In this document: piece after piece, positions 1-9,306 of the stretch
Position numbering within the stretch: the first letter of the stretch is position 1
Layout of the letters: each line of letters opens with the position of its first letter
Source of the DNA: an archaeon
Lineage (GTDB): Archaea > Nanobdellota > Nanobdellia > SCGC-AAA011-G17 > GW2011-AR17
Length of the DNA stretch: 64,000 bases
Direction of reading: 5' to 3'
Assembly: GCA_018653605.1 (NCBI GenBank)
Contig: JABHYY010000018.1
Coordinates: 29,324-93,323 of the forward strand
Position numbers and translations under genes: made by a program
The notes under the pieces: model-generated
What the model saw: the letters and a program-made list of their open reading frames with translations, nothing else
Told to the model about the DNA's origin: nothing
The model's database searches: none

Positions 1-252
1 AAAAAAAGGATATTGAATTTGATCCATTAAAACATCAACAAGTTTGTAAATGTCACTTAAAACAGATTCCCTATCAAAAGTTCTTTGACCTAAATGAAGT
101 GATTGATTTAATCTTACCTGATCTGGCCTGAGAGTTTCGCCACTTTTTGTATATTTTGGATTACCAACTTCAGTATCAACAACCCCAGAGTTTAGAATAT
201 GCCAAAGTCCATCTCTTTCAAATCTTATTTGTTTGTGAACTTTTTTCACCAT
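1..252 (-). CDS. hypothetical protein, 5' part (runs off the left edge)
   Basis: ATG at 252, frame open to the edge (MVKKVHKQIRFERDGLWHILNSGVV...); codon style matches other minus-strand genes; TATA-like element upstream; not in ORF track. Confidence 0.55.
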   Translation of the reverse strand, partial: MVKKVHKQIRFERDGLWHILNSGVVDTEVGNPKYTKSGETLRPDQVRLNQSLHLGQRTFDRESVLSDIYKLVDVLMDQIQYPFF

Positions 253-331
253 AAAGAGAAACAAACCTCCCAAACTTATAAAGATTTATACAAAAAACTA
301 TATAAACTTCAACACCAAAATAAAACATACA

Positions 332-1609
332 ATGGATATACAAAAAGCACTAGATAAAGGCAAAGGAAAAGTCTCAATCAAAGGATGGGTTTACAGAAAA
401 AGAAAACAATCCAATCAAGTATTTTTAATAATTAGAGATGCCAATAATGTAATTCAGTGTGTAATTGAAAAAGAATCAAAAGCATTTGAAGATGCAACCA
501 AAGTTTTCATAGAATCTTCAATAGAGATTGAAGGGGATATTCAAAAAGAACCAAGAGCACCAAGTGGTTATGAAATAAAAGTAAAAAGTTTAAACATTGT
601 ACATTTAGGAGAACCTTACAAAATAGCAAAAGATTTCTCAGTAGAATTTTTAGCAGACAACAGACATTTGTGGCTAAGATCAAGAAAAATGACTTCAATC
701 ATGAAAATTAGACACACAATTCTAAGTGCTTTCAGAGAACACTACACAAACAAAGGTTATTACGAATTTACAGCACCAGTATTACAACCAACACAATGTG
801 AAGGAGGATCAACCCTATTTGAAGTAAAATATTACAAAGATCAAATGTTCCTTTCACAATCAGCACAGTTATACTCAGAAGCATTCATCATGGGTTTAGA
901 AAAAATGTTTGTTATAGGACCAACATTCAGAGCAGAAAAATCCAAAACATCAAGACACTTGTGTGAATTTTGGATGGCTGAAATGGAAGCAGCATGGATG
1001 GACCTTGATCAAATGCAAGATGACATTGAAGAATTATTAAAACATATAGTAAAGAAAGTATTACAAGATAATAAAGCAGAATTAGAAATTCTAAAAAGAG
1101 ATATTAGCAAACTAGAACCTATTGTAAAAAAGAAATTCAAAAGAATGACTTACACAGAAGTTTTAGATTTCTTAAAAAAGAAAGAAAATATGGAAGTACC
1201 TTGGGGAAAAGATCTTAGAACAGTTGAAGAAGACAACCTAAGTAAAAACTTTGATGTTCCAGTAATAGTTACAAAGTATCCAAAAGAGATCATGGCATTC
1301 TATAAACCAGAAGATCCAAAAGAAAAAAAAGTTGCATTATGCTTGGATGTAATTGCACCTGAAGGCTATGGTGAAATCATTGGAGGATCACAAAGAGACC
1401 TAGATGTTAAAGCAATGACAAAATTTCTAAAAGCAGAAGGTGAAGATCCAAAAAACTATGAATGGTACTTTGATTCAAGAAAATATGGTTCAGTTCCACA
1501 CTCAGGACATGGTATGGGTGTAGAAAGAGTTATTTCATGGATCTGTGGTCTTGATAACATTAAGGATGCAATTCCATTCCCAAGAACAATGGAAAGGTTT
1601 AAACCTTAA
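332..1609 (+). CDS. asnS: asparagine--tRNA ligase
   Basis: OB-fold GWV..R start, CEGGSTLF, FLSQSAQLY, FRAEKSKTSRHLCEFWM (motif 2), EIIGGSQR, YGSVPHSGHGMGVER (motif 3). Confidence 0.93.
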   Translation: MDIQKALDKGKGKVSIKGWVYRKRKQSNQVFLIIRDANNVIQCVIEKESKAFEDATKVFIESSIEIEGDIQKEPRAPSGYEIKVKSLNIVHLGEPYKIAKDFSVEFLADNRHLWLRSRKMTSIMKIRHTILSAFREHYTNKGYYEFTAPVLQPTQCEGGSTLFEVKYYKDQMFLSQSAQLYSEAFIMGLEKMFVIGPTFRAEKSKTSRHLCEFWMAEMEAAWMDLDQMQDDIEELLKHIVKKVLQDNKAELEILKRDISKLEPIVKKKFKRMTYTEVLDFLKKKENMEVPWGKDLRTVEEDNLSKNFDVPVIVTKYPKEIMAFYKPEDPKEKKVALCLDVIAPEGYGEIIGGSQRDLDVKAMTKFLKAEGEDPKNYEWYFDSRKYGSVPHSGHGMGVERVISWICGLDNIKDAIPFPRTMERFKP

Positions 1610-1629
1610 TTTTCTTACTTTTTAAAAAA

Positions 1630-2046
1630 TTAAATTGATTCGCCTTTTAACTTTTTCATCATAAAGATGTTTTCAGACTGAAGCTTCTTAATTACCATAG
1701 TATACTTATGCAAATTAGCAAGCATATCATTTAAACCTTCACCAAAAAGTGCAGAATCAACTTCAAAACCAGCAGGGTCAATAATTTCAATTGAAGAAGG
1801 CATATAATCAAAACAAATATCCATCAACTTCTTAGAATTTTCAATATCAAAACTAACATCAGCAAAAGTACTCCACATTTTATTATCTTGTTCTTCACAA
1901 TCAAAAACTTTCAAATCAGTAATAACAGAACCTTTTTCTTCTTTGAATTTAGCTAAAATCTTTCTAAGAGTTTCTTCAACATGCTCTTTAGGAGCACCTA
2001 AAACTTCCAGAGTCATACGAACATTAATTTTTTTCATACCTATCAA
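1630..2046 (-). CDS. conserved archaeal hypothetical protein
   Basis: 138-aa ORF with EVLGAPKEHV and FDYMPSSIEI segments and a C-terminal coiled coil. Confidence 0.65.
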   Translation of the reverse strand: MIGMKKINVRMTLEVLGAPKEHVEETLRKILAKFKEEKGSVITDLKVFDCEEQDNKMWSTFADVSFDIENSKKLMDICFDYMPSSIEIIDPAGFEVDSALFGEGLNDMLANLHKYTMVIKKLQSENIFMMKKLKGESI

Positions 2047-2076
2047 AACTCAAAAGCACTATTTAAGCTTTACTAT

Positions 2077-2304
2077 CTACTTATGCTTTGCTTTAGCAAT
2101 AGCTCTGGTATGCCAACCTAGCATAATGAACACCAATCCAATTGCATAATGAAACAAACCACTATACAGAACACCAGTGCCTAATTGTAAAACTACACCT
2201 TGCACTAAAAAAGCCAAACCAAAGGTCTTCAAAGCTAATATTAAAATACCCCACCAAAACAATCCACAATTCTTACAACCAGCTTTATTTTTTTTCTTAA
2301 CCAA
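2077..2304 (-). CDS. small membrane protein
   Basis: two hydrophobic helices, basic N-terminus, CxxC; GAGGTG SD-like element upstream. Confidence 0.6.
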   Translation of the reverse strand: MVKKKNKAGCKNCGLFWWGILILALKTFGLAFLVQGVVLQLGTGVLYSGLFHYAIGLVFIMLGWHTRAIAKAKHK

Positions 2305-2325
2305 AATTAACCACCTCTAAATATA

Positions 2326-2859
2326 TTAGACTTTACTCCTTTTTAAATGTAACCCTAAAACAAAAAACAACAAACCAAAAGCTAAAACATACAAAATAAC
2401 TTGAAAAAATGCATGGACAAAAAAATCCAAAGGAAAAATAGTAATCAATTTAGAATTTGCAGGCAACAACCAGAAATCATTGAAAAACAACACTTCATGA
2501 AATGTTGTAAACAACCAATCAAAACTAAAATATCCAAAAACAGCAATCAAAACAACCAAACCAATGGCACCCAAGCTATAACCAACCAAATCAGAGCTTA
2601 AAATCTCTCTATAGAAACAAAGTAACAAAAGAGACAAAAATACATTCAATAACAACAAATTTCTAACATCCTCCATGTGAATCAATTCAATATCACTATA
2701 CCCTTCATTCAACTCACCAAAAAAGAAAAAAGAAATAACATTCTTAGCCTCAACCCCATCAACACCTTCAGAAACATAAAATCCAGGATCAAAAGCAACA
2801 AAGCTAACACTCACACTCAAAAGAAAAACAAACAATATCAAAGTATACAACCATTTCAT
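2326..2859 (-). CDS. DUF1461/TIGR01906-like integral membrane protein
   Basis: HMEDVR and FDWLFTTFHEVLFFNDFW...LITIFPLDFF motifs; about 4 TM helices. Confidence 0.75.
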   Translation of the reverse strand: MKWLYTLILFVFLLSVSVSFVAFDPGFYVSEGVDGVEAKNVISFFFFGELNEGYSDIELIHMEDVRNLLLLNVFLSLLLLCFYREILSSDLVGYSLGAIGLVVLIAVFGYFSFDWLFTTFHEVLFFNDFWLLPANSKLITIFPLDFFVHAFFQVILYVLAFGLLFFVLGLHLKRSKV

Positions 2860-2938
2860 AAACTAAAATTAAAATATCATACATTAATACTTTTCTAACC
2901 TAGAAAAACATTTATAGAGTAATACAATCAAAACAAAA

Positions 2939-3292
2939 ATGGAAAAATTAAATCTAAAACAATATCAAGAATTGTGTAAAGGCACAGCACAAAACTTTGA
3001 CTGCCCACATAAAGAGATTATGAGCTGGGGTTTAGGCATCTCAGGTGAAGCAGGTGATGTAGCAGGTTGTATTAAAAAAACAGTTACACACAAAAATGAC
3101 CAAACAAAAGGAATCAGAGAAAACATTGGAGACACTTTATGGTATGCTGCAATGATTTGCAATTTCTATGGTTGGGACTTTGATGAGGTTTTAGCTGAAA
3201 ATATTGCAAAGTTAAAAGCTAGATACAATAGTGGTGGTTTTACACACAAAGAAGCACAAAGAGAAAACACCAGAGTAGACTGGAACGAATAG
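2939..3292 (+). CDS. MazG-like nucleotide pyrophosphohydrolase
   Basis: LGISGEAGDV...ENIGDTLWY...NIAKLKARY, typical of the single-domain MazG family. Confidence 0.85.
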   Translation: MEKLNLKQYQELCKGTAQNFDCPHKEIMSWGLGISGEAGDVAGCIKKTVTHKNDQTKGIRENIGDTLWYAAMICNFYGWDFDEVLAENIAKLKARYNSGGFTHKEAQRENTRVDWNE

Positions 3293-3296
3293 ATTT

Positions 3297-3332
3297 CTGA
3301 AAGATTTCCGGAAAACCTGAAAGATTTCCGGA
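3297..3332. repeat. 16-bp direct repeat CTGAAAGATTTCCGGA x2 (period 20)
   Basis: exact copies at 3297-3312 and 3317-3332; the first overlaps palindrome TTTCCGGAAA. Confidence 0.85.
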
Positions 3333-3376
3333 TTTTTCTACATTGTTATTATAAAAAATGCTACCAAATTAGTATT

Positions 3377-3391
3377 TAGGTCATAGACCTA
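3377..3391. promoter_or_regulatory. perfect inverted repeat TAGGTC-ATA-GACCTA, putative operator
   Basis: lies between a TATA-like TTATAAAAA (about 3349) and the SD/start of the small ORF at 3412. Confidence 0.45.
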
Positions 3392-3411
3392 CAAAAAAAG
3401 AGGTGATAAAA

Positions 3412-3582
3412 GTGGAAGAAACAGTAGAAATATCTGAAAGAAAAGCAAAAGATTTGGAAAGACAACCAGTCATTGAAAACTCTTGGTTTCAGAGTACAGA
3501 CAAGAAGTGGTTGGTTCACAAAACTACCATTACAGACATTAAACCAATGGCGTACATGGAGAAAGTATTAGGGGGCAATTAA
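3412..3582 (+). CDS. small 56-aa hypothetical protein (not in ORF track)
   Basis: GAGGTGA SD at 3400-3406, GTG start, VEETVEISERKAKDLERQPVIENSWFQSTDKKWLVHKTTITDIKPMAYMEKVLGGN, TAA at 3580-3582. Confidence 0.7.
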   Translation: MEETVEISERKAKDLERQPVIENSWFQSTDKKWLVHKTTITDIKPMAYMEKVLGGN

Positions 3583-3615
3583 TGCTCCTTATTTTATAAT
3601 AAAAAATAAAAAAAA

Positions 3616-3924
3616 TTAAAATCCTGAATTACTAGGACTTTGAGAAGCACATCCACAACCTGATTCTGCAGGTTTCTGTTCACTTGATTCACAAGATGCT
3701 GAATGTTCTGAGCAACAACCACTCTGTTCTTCAGGTTCTTCATCATCATCTTCTTCTAAATCAGTCAACAATTTCTCAACTGCATTATCATACTCTTCTT
3801 CATTAATGATGCCTTTTTTAACAAGTAAATCAATTAAAGCATCAACTTTTGCATGTGCCTCATACATCAAGTCACCTTCAGCTTCTTGATGATCTTCTTC
3901 GATATTATTTTGAATTTCTTCCAT
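3616..3924 (-). CDS. acidic hypothetical protein with Cys/Ser-rich tail
   Basis: likely ATG at 3924 (MEEIQ); ALIDLLVKKGIINEEEY SHOCT-like helix; GCCSEH and GCGC tail. Confidence 0.65.
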   Translation of the reverse strand: MEEIQNNIEEDHQEAEGDLMYEAHAKVDALIDLLVKKGIINEEEYDNAVEKLLTDLEEDDDEEPEEQSGCCSEHSASCESSEQKPAESGCGCASQSPSNSGF

Positions 3925-4038
3925 AAGCCGTATCAAAAACTTAGCTCTTTAAATAGTTAACTAAAAAAGAGTATAACAAAACAACATTTTTAGATTATAA
4001 TTAAGTATTTAAAGCGAACAGACTAATCTTATCTTAAT

Positions 4039-4764
4039 ATGGAAGAACAACTAGACCCACAAATCAGAGAGAGAGTCTCAGAATTAGTAAATGAATATTC
4101 TAATGAACATGATGACACAGCCAAAAGAATGGTACCAATCCTACTTAAAAAGGGTTTAGATAGTGTTAGTCTTAATATGTTCCCTGAACACATGCAATCT
4201 TCGCTTTTGAATGCAGTTGCTGAAGAACTTGTAAAAAAAGGTAGAACTCAAGAAGCTATTGAAGCATTCCTAAGGGCAAAAAACAAACCAAAACTAATTG
4301 AAATTGGTGATAATTACAAAAACATGAACATGTTCTCACAAGCAATTGAATGCTACAAAGAAGCAGAAGCAAAGAGCAAACTATTAGCAGTAGGTGAAAC
4401 CTGCCTAAGAGATGGTCAAATGACAGATGCAATCAAAGCATTCCAATTAGTTGAAGACACTCAAAAATTACTTTTAGTTGGAGATGAATGTTTAAAAAGG
4501 GAAAAGTTCGAATCTGCAATTGAAGTTTTCAAATTCTTAAGAAATAATGAAAAGTTAAGTCTAGTTGGTAGCTTGTGTGTTAAACATGACCAATTAATTC
4601 TTGCAGCAAAAGCATTTGAGTTAGCAGGCTCTTTAGAAAATTTAAACAAAGTTGGAGACATTTTCTTACAAAAAGAACAATTAAACAATGCTTACGAAGT
4701 TTACAAGATTGCTGGAAACCAAATCATGATACAGTTTTTGAGAGAAAACTTTCAAATGATTTAA
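4039..4764 (+). CDS. TPR-like alpha-helical repeat protein
   Basis: about 29-aa repeats L..VGD.CL....AI.AF..A. Confidence 0.75.
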   Translation: MEEQLDPQIRERVSELVNEYSNEHDDTAKRMVPILLKKGLDSVSLNMFPEHMQSSLLNAVAEELVKKGRTQEAIEAFLRAKNKPKLIEIGDNYKNMNMFSQAIECYKEAEAKSKLLAVGETCLRDGQMTDAIKAFQLVEDTQKLLLVGDECLKREKFESAIEVFKFLRNNEKLSLVGSLCVKHDQLILAAKAFELAGSLENLNKVGDIFLQKEQLNNAYEVYKIAGNQIMIQFLRENFQMI

Positions 4765-4774
4765 TTTTCTTTTT

Positions 4775-5137
4775 TTAACTTAAACCAACCATTATAACAC
4801 CAAGTAGAATTATTCCTATGCTAGCCCATCTTTGTACACTAATGTGCTCTTTGAAAACAAACTTTGACATCAAAGCCACAAAAAAGTAATTCAAAGCAAC
4901 AAAAGGATAAGCAAAACTAAGTTCTAAATTATTCAAGATTACAATCCAAAGCAAAGTTGTTGCACCATAAGCTAAAAACCCAAAGATCACAAACCAATTA
5001 AGATATATTTTTTTCAAATTGTTAAAAAAATCTTTAAACAAGTTTTCTACTCCAGCCCTAACCATACCTTCTTTCAATGACAGCTGAGCTAACACACCCA
5101 AAATTACAGAAACCAATAATAGTATGATGTATATCAT
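4775..5137 (-). CDS. EamA/SMR (ArnE/ArnF-like) small transporter
   Basis: 4 TM helices, AQLSLKEG, ELSFAYPF...FKEHIS motifs. Confidence 0.8.
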   Translation of the reverse strand: MIYIILLLVSVILGVLAQLSLKEGMVRAGVENLFKDFFNNLKKIYLNWFVIFGFLAYGATTLLWIVILNNLELSFAYPFVALNYFFVALMSKFVFKEHISVQRWASIGIILLGVIMVGLS

Positions 5138-5505
5138 GTTCTCGACATAAAATAAACCCCCATAAATATTACACCCAACCCAACCAATCTAAGAGCTGAA
5201 AGGCTTTCATTAAAGAAAAACCAAGACAAAATACTAACAATAACATACCCCAAACTCAAACAAGGATAAGCAAAACTCAAGTTCGATTTGGACAAAACTA
5301 TCAACCAAACAAAAGAACTCAAGAAAAATAAAACCAATCCAGAAAGAACAAAAGGATTAGTAAAAGCTAAGATAAAACTACCCAACAGATTTCCAGCAAA
5401 ATCTAAAGCACCCAAATCTAACAAACCTTTTTTTAGTAAAAGCTGGCCACTATCGACAATAAATACTGATAAAACAATCAAAAGTAAGCTTTTCTTCTTA
5501 TCCAT
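5134..5505 (-). CDS. EamA/SMR (ArnE/ArnF-like) small transporter
   Basis: GQLLLKKG, NLSFAYP..SLGY..FFNESLS; likely ATG at 5505; ATGA-coupled to its paralog. Confidence 0.8.
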   Translation of the reverse strand: MDKKKSLLLIVLSVFIVDSGQLLLKKGLLDLGALDFAGNLLGSFILAFTNPFVLSGLVLFFLSSFVWLIVLSKSNLSFAYPCLSLGYVIVSILSWFFFNESLSALRLVGLGVIFMGVYFMSRT

Positions 5506-5558
5506 CACCAAATAAGAAGACAAAATGTTTAAAAACTTTACTAACCAGGAATATAATA

Positions 5559-6410
5559 ATGGATTTAAACACAACCTGTAGGAAGATCAAACAATTGAAA
5601 ATTCAAGGTGCAGAAAATATTGCTACTGCAGCAATTGAAGCACTTCTACAAGTTGCAAACAAGTCAAAAGCAAAAGACAAACTTTCTTTCATTTTAGAGC
5701 TAGAAAAAGCAAAAGCAAAGTTATTTTCAACAAGACCAACAGAACCAGCAATGAGGAATTATTTAGACTATATCACAAACAAAGCAAAAAAAGCAAAACA
5801 TCCACAAACTGAAACAAAAAGATTGATCAAACAAGTTTTAAGAGAAAAAAAACAAGCAAAAAAGGACTTAATTAAATATGGAACAAAACTAGTAAAGAAA
5901 AAACACACAGTTTTCACACACTGCCATTCAAGCACAGTTATAGACATTTTAAAAAAAGTAAAACCAAAAGTGCACAACACAGAAACAAGACCTTTATTCC
6001 AAGGTAGACAAACTGCAAAAGATTTAGCAAAAGCAAGAATCAAAGTTGAACACTACACAGATGCACAAGCAAGACTAGCACTAAAAGAAGCAGACATAAT
6101 GCTTATTGGCGCAGATGCAATCACTTACAACAAAGTTTACAACAAAGTAGGCTCAGAAATGTTAGCAATAATTGCAAAAACAAGAAAAGTGCCAGTTTAT
6201 GTTGCATGCTCTTTATGGAAATTCGACCCACACAAAGAAATTGTTGAAGAAAGGTCGCCAACAGAGGTTTGGAAAGCACCCAAAGGCGTCACTGTGAAAA
6301 ATTATGCTTTCGAAAAAGTAAATTTTAAACTAATTAAAGGAATAATTTGTGAAAAAGGAATTCTAAGACCTAAGAAATTTGTAAAAGTTGCTAGGAAAAT
6401 GATTAACTAA
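5559..6410 (+). CDS. ribose-1,5-bisphosphate isomerase (eIF-2B alpha/beta/delta family)
   Basis: KIQGAENIA, TRPTEPAMRN, catalytic Cys in THCHSSTV, ETRPLFQG, GADAI, NKVGS. Confidence 0.88.
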   Translation: MDLNTTCRKIKQLKIQGAENIATAAIEALLQVANKSKAKDKLSFILELEKAKAKLFSTRPTEPAMRNYLDYITNKAKKAKHPQTETKRLIKQVLREKKQAKKDLIKYGTKLVKKKHTVFTHCHSSTVIDILKKVKPKVHNTETRPLFQGRQTAKDLAKARIKVEHYTDAQARLALKEADIMLIGADAITYNKVYNKVGSEMLAIIAKTRKVPVYVACSLWKFDPHKEIVEERSPTEVWKAPKGVTVKNYAFEKVNFKLIKGIICEKGILRPKKFVKVARKMIN

Positions 6411-6738
6411 GACCTTCAATATACTTAGGCAAACCAGAATTAGCATAACCTTCAGGAATATTTCCAGGAGTAAAAACCATAATTTTTTTTGCACCAGGAA
6501 CAAACAACCTATCCAAAGTAATATCAACAAAAACACCTGGATCCTTGTGATAAGTTAAATAATGCATTGTAACAGTTCCCTGTTCATCAGCAATATCAAT
6601 TTGAACCTGTACTCCACCAATCTCTTCAAGTAACCTATTATTTGCTGTAATAGGACGATCATAAACAAATTCATTACTTTCCTTATCCAATTCAGCCCTT
6701 ACTCTTCTCGCACCTTGCATTAATTCAGTAACATCCAT
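6403..6738 (-). CDS. hypothetical protein
   Basis: 111-aa ORF with ATG and upstream TATA-like element; no recognisable motif. Confidence 0.55.
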   Translation of the reverse strand: MDVTELMQGARRVRAELDKESNEFVYDRPITANNRLLEEIGGVQVQIDIADEQGTVTMHYLTYHKDPGVFVDITLDRLFVPGAKKIMVFTPGNIPEGYANSGLPKYIEGLS

Positions 6739-6774
6739 AAAAGAGAATTTTAATTTGTTATTTATAAAACTTCC

Positions 6775-7230
6775 CTAAAACTCTTTCAAAACCTTAATAC
6801 CATACTTACTCAAATAGTTCTCCAAAGGAACAGTAAACAAGTGATGCTTATCCTTAGTATATACATCAGACTCAGTCTTCACAGCAACAGCCAAAAGAAC
6901 AGCATCAGAAGCATCAGCAATCAATTTCAACAATTCATTGTCAACAGACCGAACAAAATCTTTCTCAGACTCAAAATTACCAATATGAACATCAACATCT
7001 ACAACAACAAAATCACCTTTCTTAACAAACTCTCGCAACTTATGTTTAAGCTTATGCAACCTATGCCCAACCTTCAACAACTCTTCAACATTAAAAGAAG
7101 TAATTCCATATTTACCCTCAGGCAACTTTTTATTCCTAGACAACATATCAAAAACAAAGCAAGTATCTAATAACTTCAAACCTCTTACATCCATTCCAAC
7201 ATGTTTCAAAGAATCAAACAGCTCTTTCAT
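6775..7230 (-). CDS. PIN-domain protein
   Basis: LLDTC, NVEEL, DASDAVLLA and YTKD acidic PIN residues. Confidence 0.75.
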   Translation of the reverse strand: MKELFDSLKHVGMDVRGLKLLDTCFVFDMLSRNKKLPEGKYGITSFNVEELLKVGHRLHKLKHKLREFVKKGDFVVVDVDVHIGNFESEKDFVRSVDNELLKLIADASDAVLLAVAVKTESDVYTKDKHHLFTVPLENYLSKYGIKVLKEF

Positions 7231-7303
7231 AACTCTCTAAAACATTCCAAACTTTAAATACATTTCCCAAAATTATATAAACACAAAACACTAGAATTAT
7301 CAT

Positions 7304-7945
7304 ATGGAAATACTTTGCTTTGACATGGATAACACTTTGATCTATGGAACAAGAATGCATTTAGAAGCATTCAAACTTTCTTTTAAAAAAAATAAATTAC
7401 CACAAAAAACAAGAAAAGAAATGCTAAAGTATTTCAGCCTTAATGGTAAAGAATACATTCACAAACTATTCCCAGAACTAACAAAAAAACAAGTAATAAA
7501 AGTTGTTGCAGACCATGACCACTATGTTTTCAAAAAAACTGCAAAATTAGTAAAACCAATTCCAGGTGCAAAAGCAACTCTAAAAAAGCTAAAACCACAC
7601 TACAAAATTGCAATTTTATCAAACTGCAAACATGATATAATCCTTTCAAGCTTAAAACATGCAAAATTTGACAAAAAAATGTTTGATTTAATCATAGGCT
7701 ATGATGAAGTTAAACATGGAAAACCTGCACCAGATGAATTATTCAAAGCAGAAAGATTACTAAAAATAAAAAAAGGCTACATGGTTGGTGACTCTATTTA
7801 CGACATCCAAGCTGCAAACAAAGCAGGACTTAAAGGTATTGCAGTACTCACTGGCCACAATTCAAGAGCTGAAATGAAAAAACAAAAACCTCACAAAATA
7901 TTAAATTCTGTAAAAGATTTACCTAAGTTTCTATCCAAAAAGTAA
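7304..7945 (+). CDS. HAD-family phosphatase (phosphoglycolate phosphatase-like)
   Basis: FDMDNTL motif I, LSN, KPAPD, MVGDSIYDIQAA. Confidence 0.88.
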   Translation: MEILCFDMDNTLIYGTRMHLEAFKLSFKKNKLPQKTRKEMLKYFSLNGKEYIHKLFPELTKKQVIKVVADHDHYVFKKTAKLVKPIPGAKATLKKLKPHYKIAILSNCKHDIILSSLKHAKFDKKMFDLIIGYDEVKHGKPAPDELFKAERLLKIKKGYMVGDSIYDIQAANKAGLKGIAVLTGHNSRAEMKKQKPHKILNSVKDLPKFLSKK

Positions 7946-7946
7946 A
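7928..7946. repeat. 19-bp direct repeat TTTCTATCCAAAAAGTAAA, left copy
   Basis: identical to 8498-8516; the two copies bracket the GNAT gene. Confidence 0.85.
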
Positions 7947-7963
7947 ATAATTATAAATTTTGC

Positions 7964-8497
7964 CTAAAGCTTTGCTGCAGGTTTATCCCAATCTTCAGGG
8001 TGAGGCCTAACTCTTGCACTTATAAAAAAACTCATCAAGGCCCTATTACCTGAAAAGTCATTATTTGGTTCAAAACCTAATTTCTGATAAAATCTTATAG
8101 CATCAGTATTTTCTTTTGCTATAGCAACGACAACAACATCTACATTCCTTTCAGCTTCCCTAGCAGTTTCTATACAATAATTCATTAAATTAGTACCTGC
8201 ACCATTTCCAGGCTTTCTTGCCATGATCCAAGGGATAGTAGTAGTATTAACAATCGGTGTAACCTTACCTGGAACATCAGCATAACCTTGTACTAAAATT
8301 CCTTCTAAAACATCACCATCAAAACAACCAGAAATCCTACCTTCAGCCATCAAACCTTCAACATGCTCAGCAGTATAAGTCTCTCTAGCACTAGCAATAG
8401 TATCACCAGTATAAATTGGATCAAGACCATCTAAACCAGCTCTAAAAATACTTAAAAAATCATTAACATAATCAGGAGTCAAAGCTTTACAAACCAT
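7964..8497 (-). CDS. GNAT-family N-acetyltransferase
   Basis: PGNGAGTNLM acetyl-CoA loop and NTDAIRFYQKLGF motif. Confidence 0.8.
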   Translation of the reverse strand: MVCKALTPDYVNDFLSIFRAGLDGLDPIYTGDTIASARETYTAEHVEGLMAEGRISGCFDGDVLEGILVQGYADVPGKVTPIVNTTTIPWIMARKPGNGAGTNLMNYCIETAREAERNVDVVVVAIAKENTDAIRFYQKLGFEPNNDFSGNRALMSFFISARVRPHPEDWDKPAAKL

Positions 8498-8516
8498 TTT
8501 CTATCCAAAAAGTAAA
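8498..8516. repeat. 19-bp direct repeat, right copy
   Basis: identical to 7928-7946. Confidence 0.85.
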
Positions 8517-8725
8517 CCTTTTGGATTCCTTTCTTTCCACTCTGTAAACTTCTCTTTAACATGAGTGATTTCGTTCTGATCAAGGCCTAAACCTTCTTTT
8601 TTCTTAATATTTGTAAAGAATTTACCTTTTCCCATATCTTTTAGAAAAACTCTATGTAGATACAAGTATTCTTCTGGTTTGAATAAAAATGGATTTCTTC
8701 GTGGCATTATATTACTTCCTACCAC
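8501..8725 (-). CDS. small basic hypothetical protein
   Basis: 74-aa ORF (possibly starting at MPRRNPF); GAGGTGG SD-like element. Confidence 0.55.
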   Translation of the reverse strand: MVGSNIMPRRNPFLFKPEEYLYLHRVFLKDMGKGKFFTNIKKKEGLGLDQNEITHVKEKFTEWKERNPKGLLFG

Positions 8726-8782
8726 CTCTTTACTATTCTTTAGTAGTTAATCTTATATAAAGGTTTCGGTGCTAGAAAATAA

Positions 8783-9232
8783 TTAATGAAGTTGCTCCCA
8801 AATTCGATCAGACCAAGCAGTATCAGCAATAACTTCTATACCCCTTTTCCCCAAATATTTATGAGGACTTCTACTATTACTCCTACAATTTCTATCAGGT
8901 AAACCATAAACAACAGTAACAATCTCCCTTTCAATAAGCAATTCTGAACAAGAACAAAGTACTTGATTTCTTCCCATCTTAAGGCAAGGTTCTAAAGTTG
9001 TAACCAAAGTTCCACCAATAGTATCCTCTCCAGCATTATCTAAAGCAACTCTTTCAGCATGAATAATCATTGAAGTACCAGGAATAAATTTCTTATACCC
9101 CACCCCAACAATGTTCCCATCAGGAGAAAGAACAAGAGCACCAACTAAAGGTTTTCTAACCCCTTTAGCTTGTTTAGCAAGACCAATACAATGAGCCATA
9201 TATTGTCCTATTTCTTCAGCAGTATAATTCAT
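8783..9232 (-). CDS. zinc-dependent deaminase (RibD/CMP-dCMP deaminase domain), stand-alone
   Basis: PLVGALV, HAE, TLEPC...C zinc motif. Confidence 0.8.
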   Translation of the reverse strand: MNYTAEEIGQYMAHCIGLAKQAKGVRKPLVGALVLSPDGNIVGVGYKKFIPGTSMIIHAERVALDNAGEDTIGGTLVTTLEPCLKMGRNQVLCSCSELLIEREIVTVVYGLPDRNCRSNSRSPHKYLGKRGIEVIADTAWSDRIWEQLH

Positions 9233-9306
9233 AATCCAAGAAATTCCACCCCTTTTTATAAACTTTACTGAAAAATTTATAAACTAAAACACCCTCTACA
9301 TAACAC

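Noticed and set aside
1-131. Open plus-strand frame ending at TGA 129-131
   Set aside because: Overlaps a longer minus-strand ORF that has a start codon and promoter; treated as a shadow frame
3297-3332. Possible mini-CRISPR
   Set aside because: Only two 16-bp repeats with a 4-bp gap and no cas genes; no CRISPR array anywhere in the window
6403-7230. PIN gene plus neighbour as a VapBC toxin-antitoxin pair
   Set aside because: The neighbour lies downstream with its own promoter and has no antitoxin features
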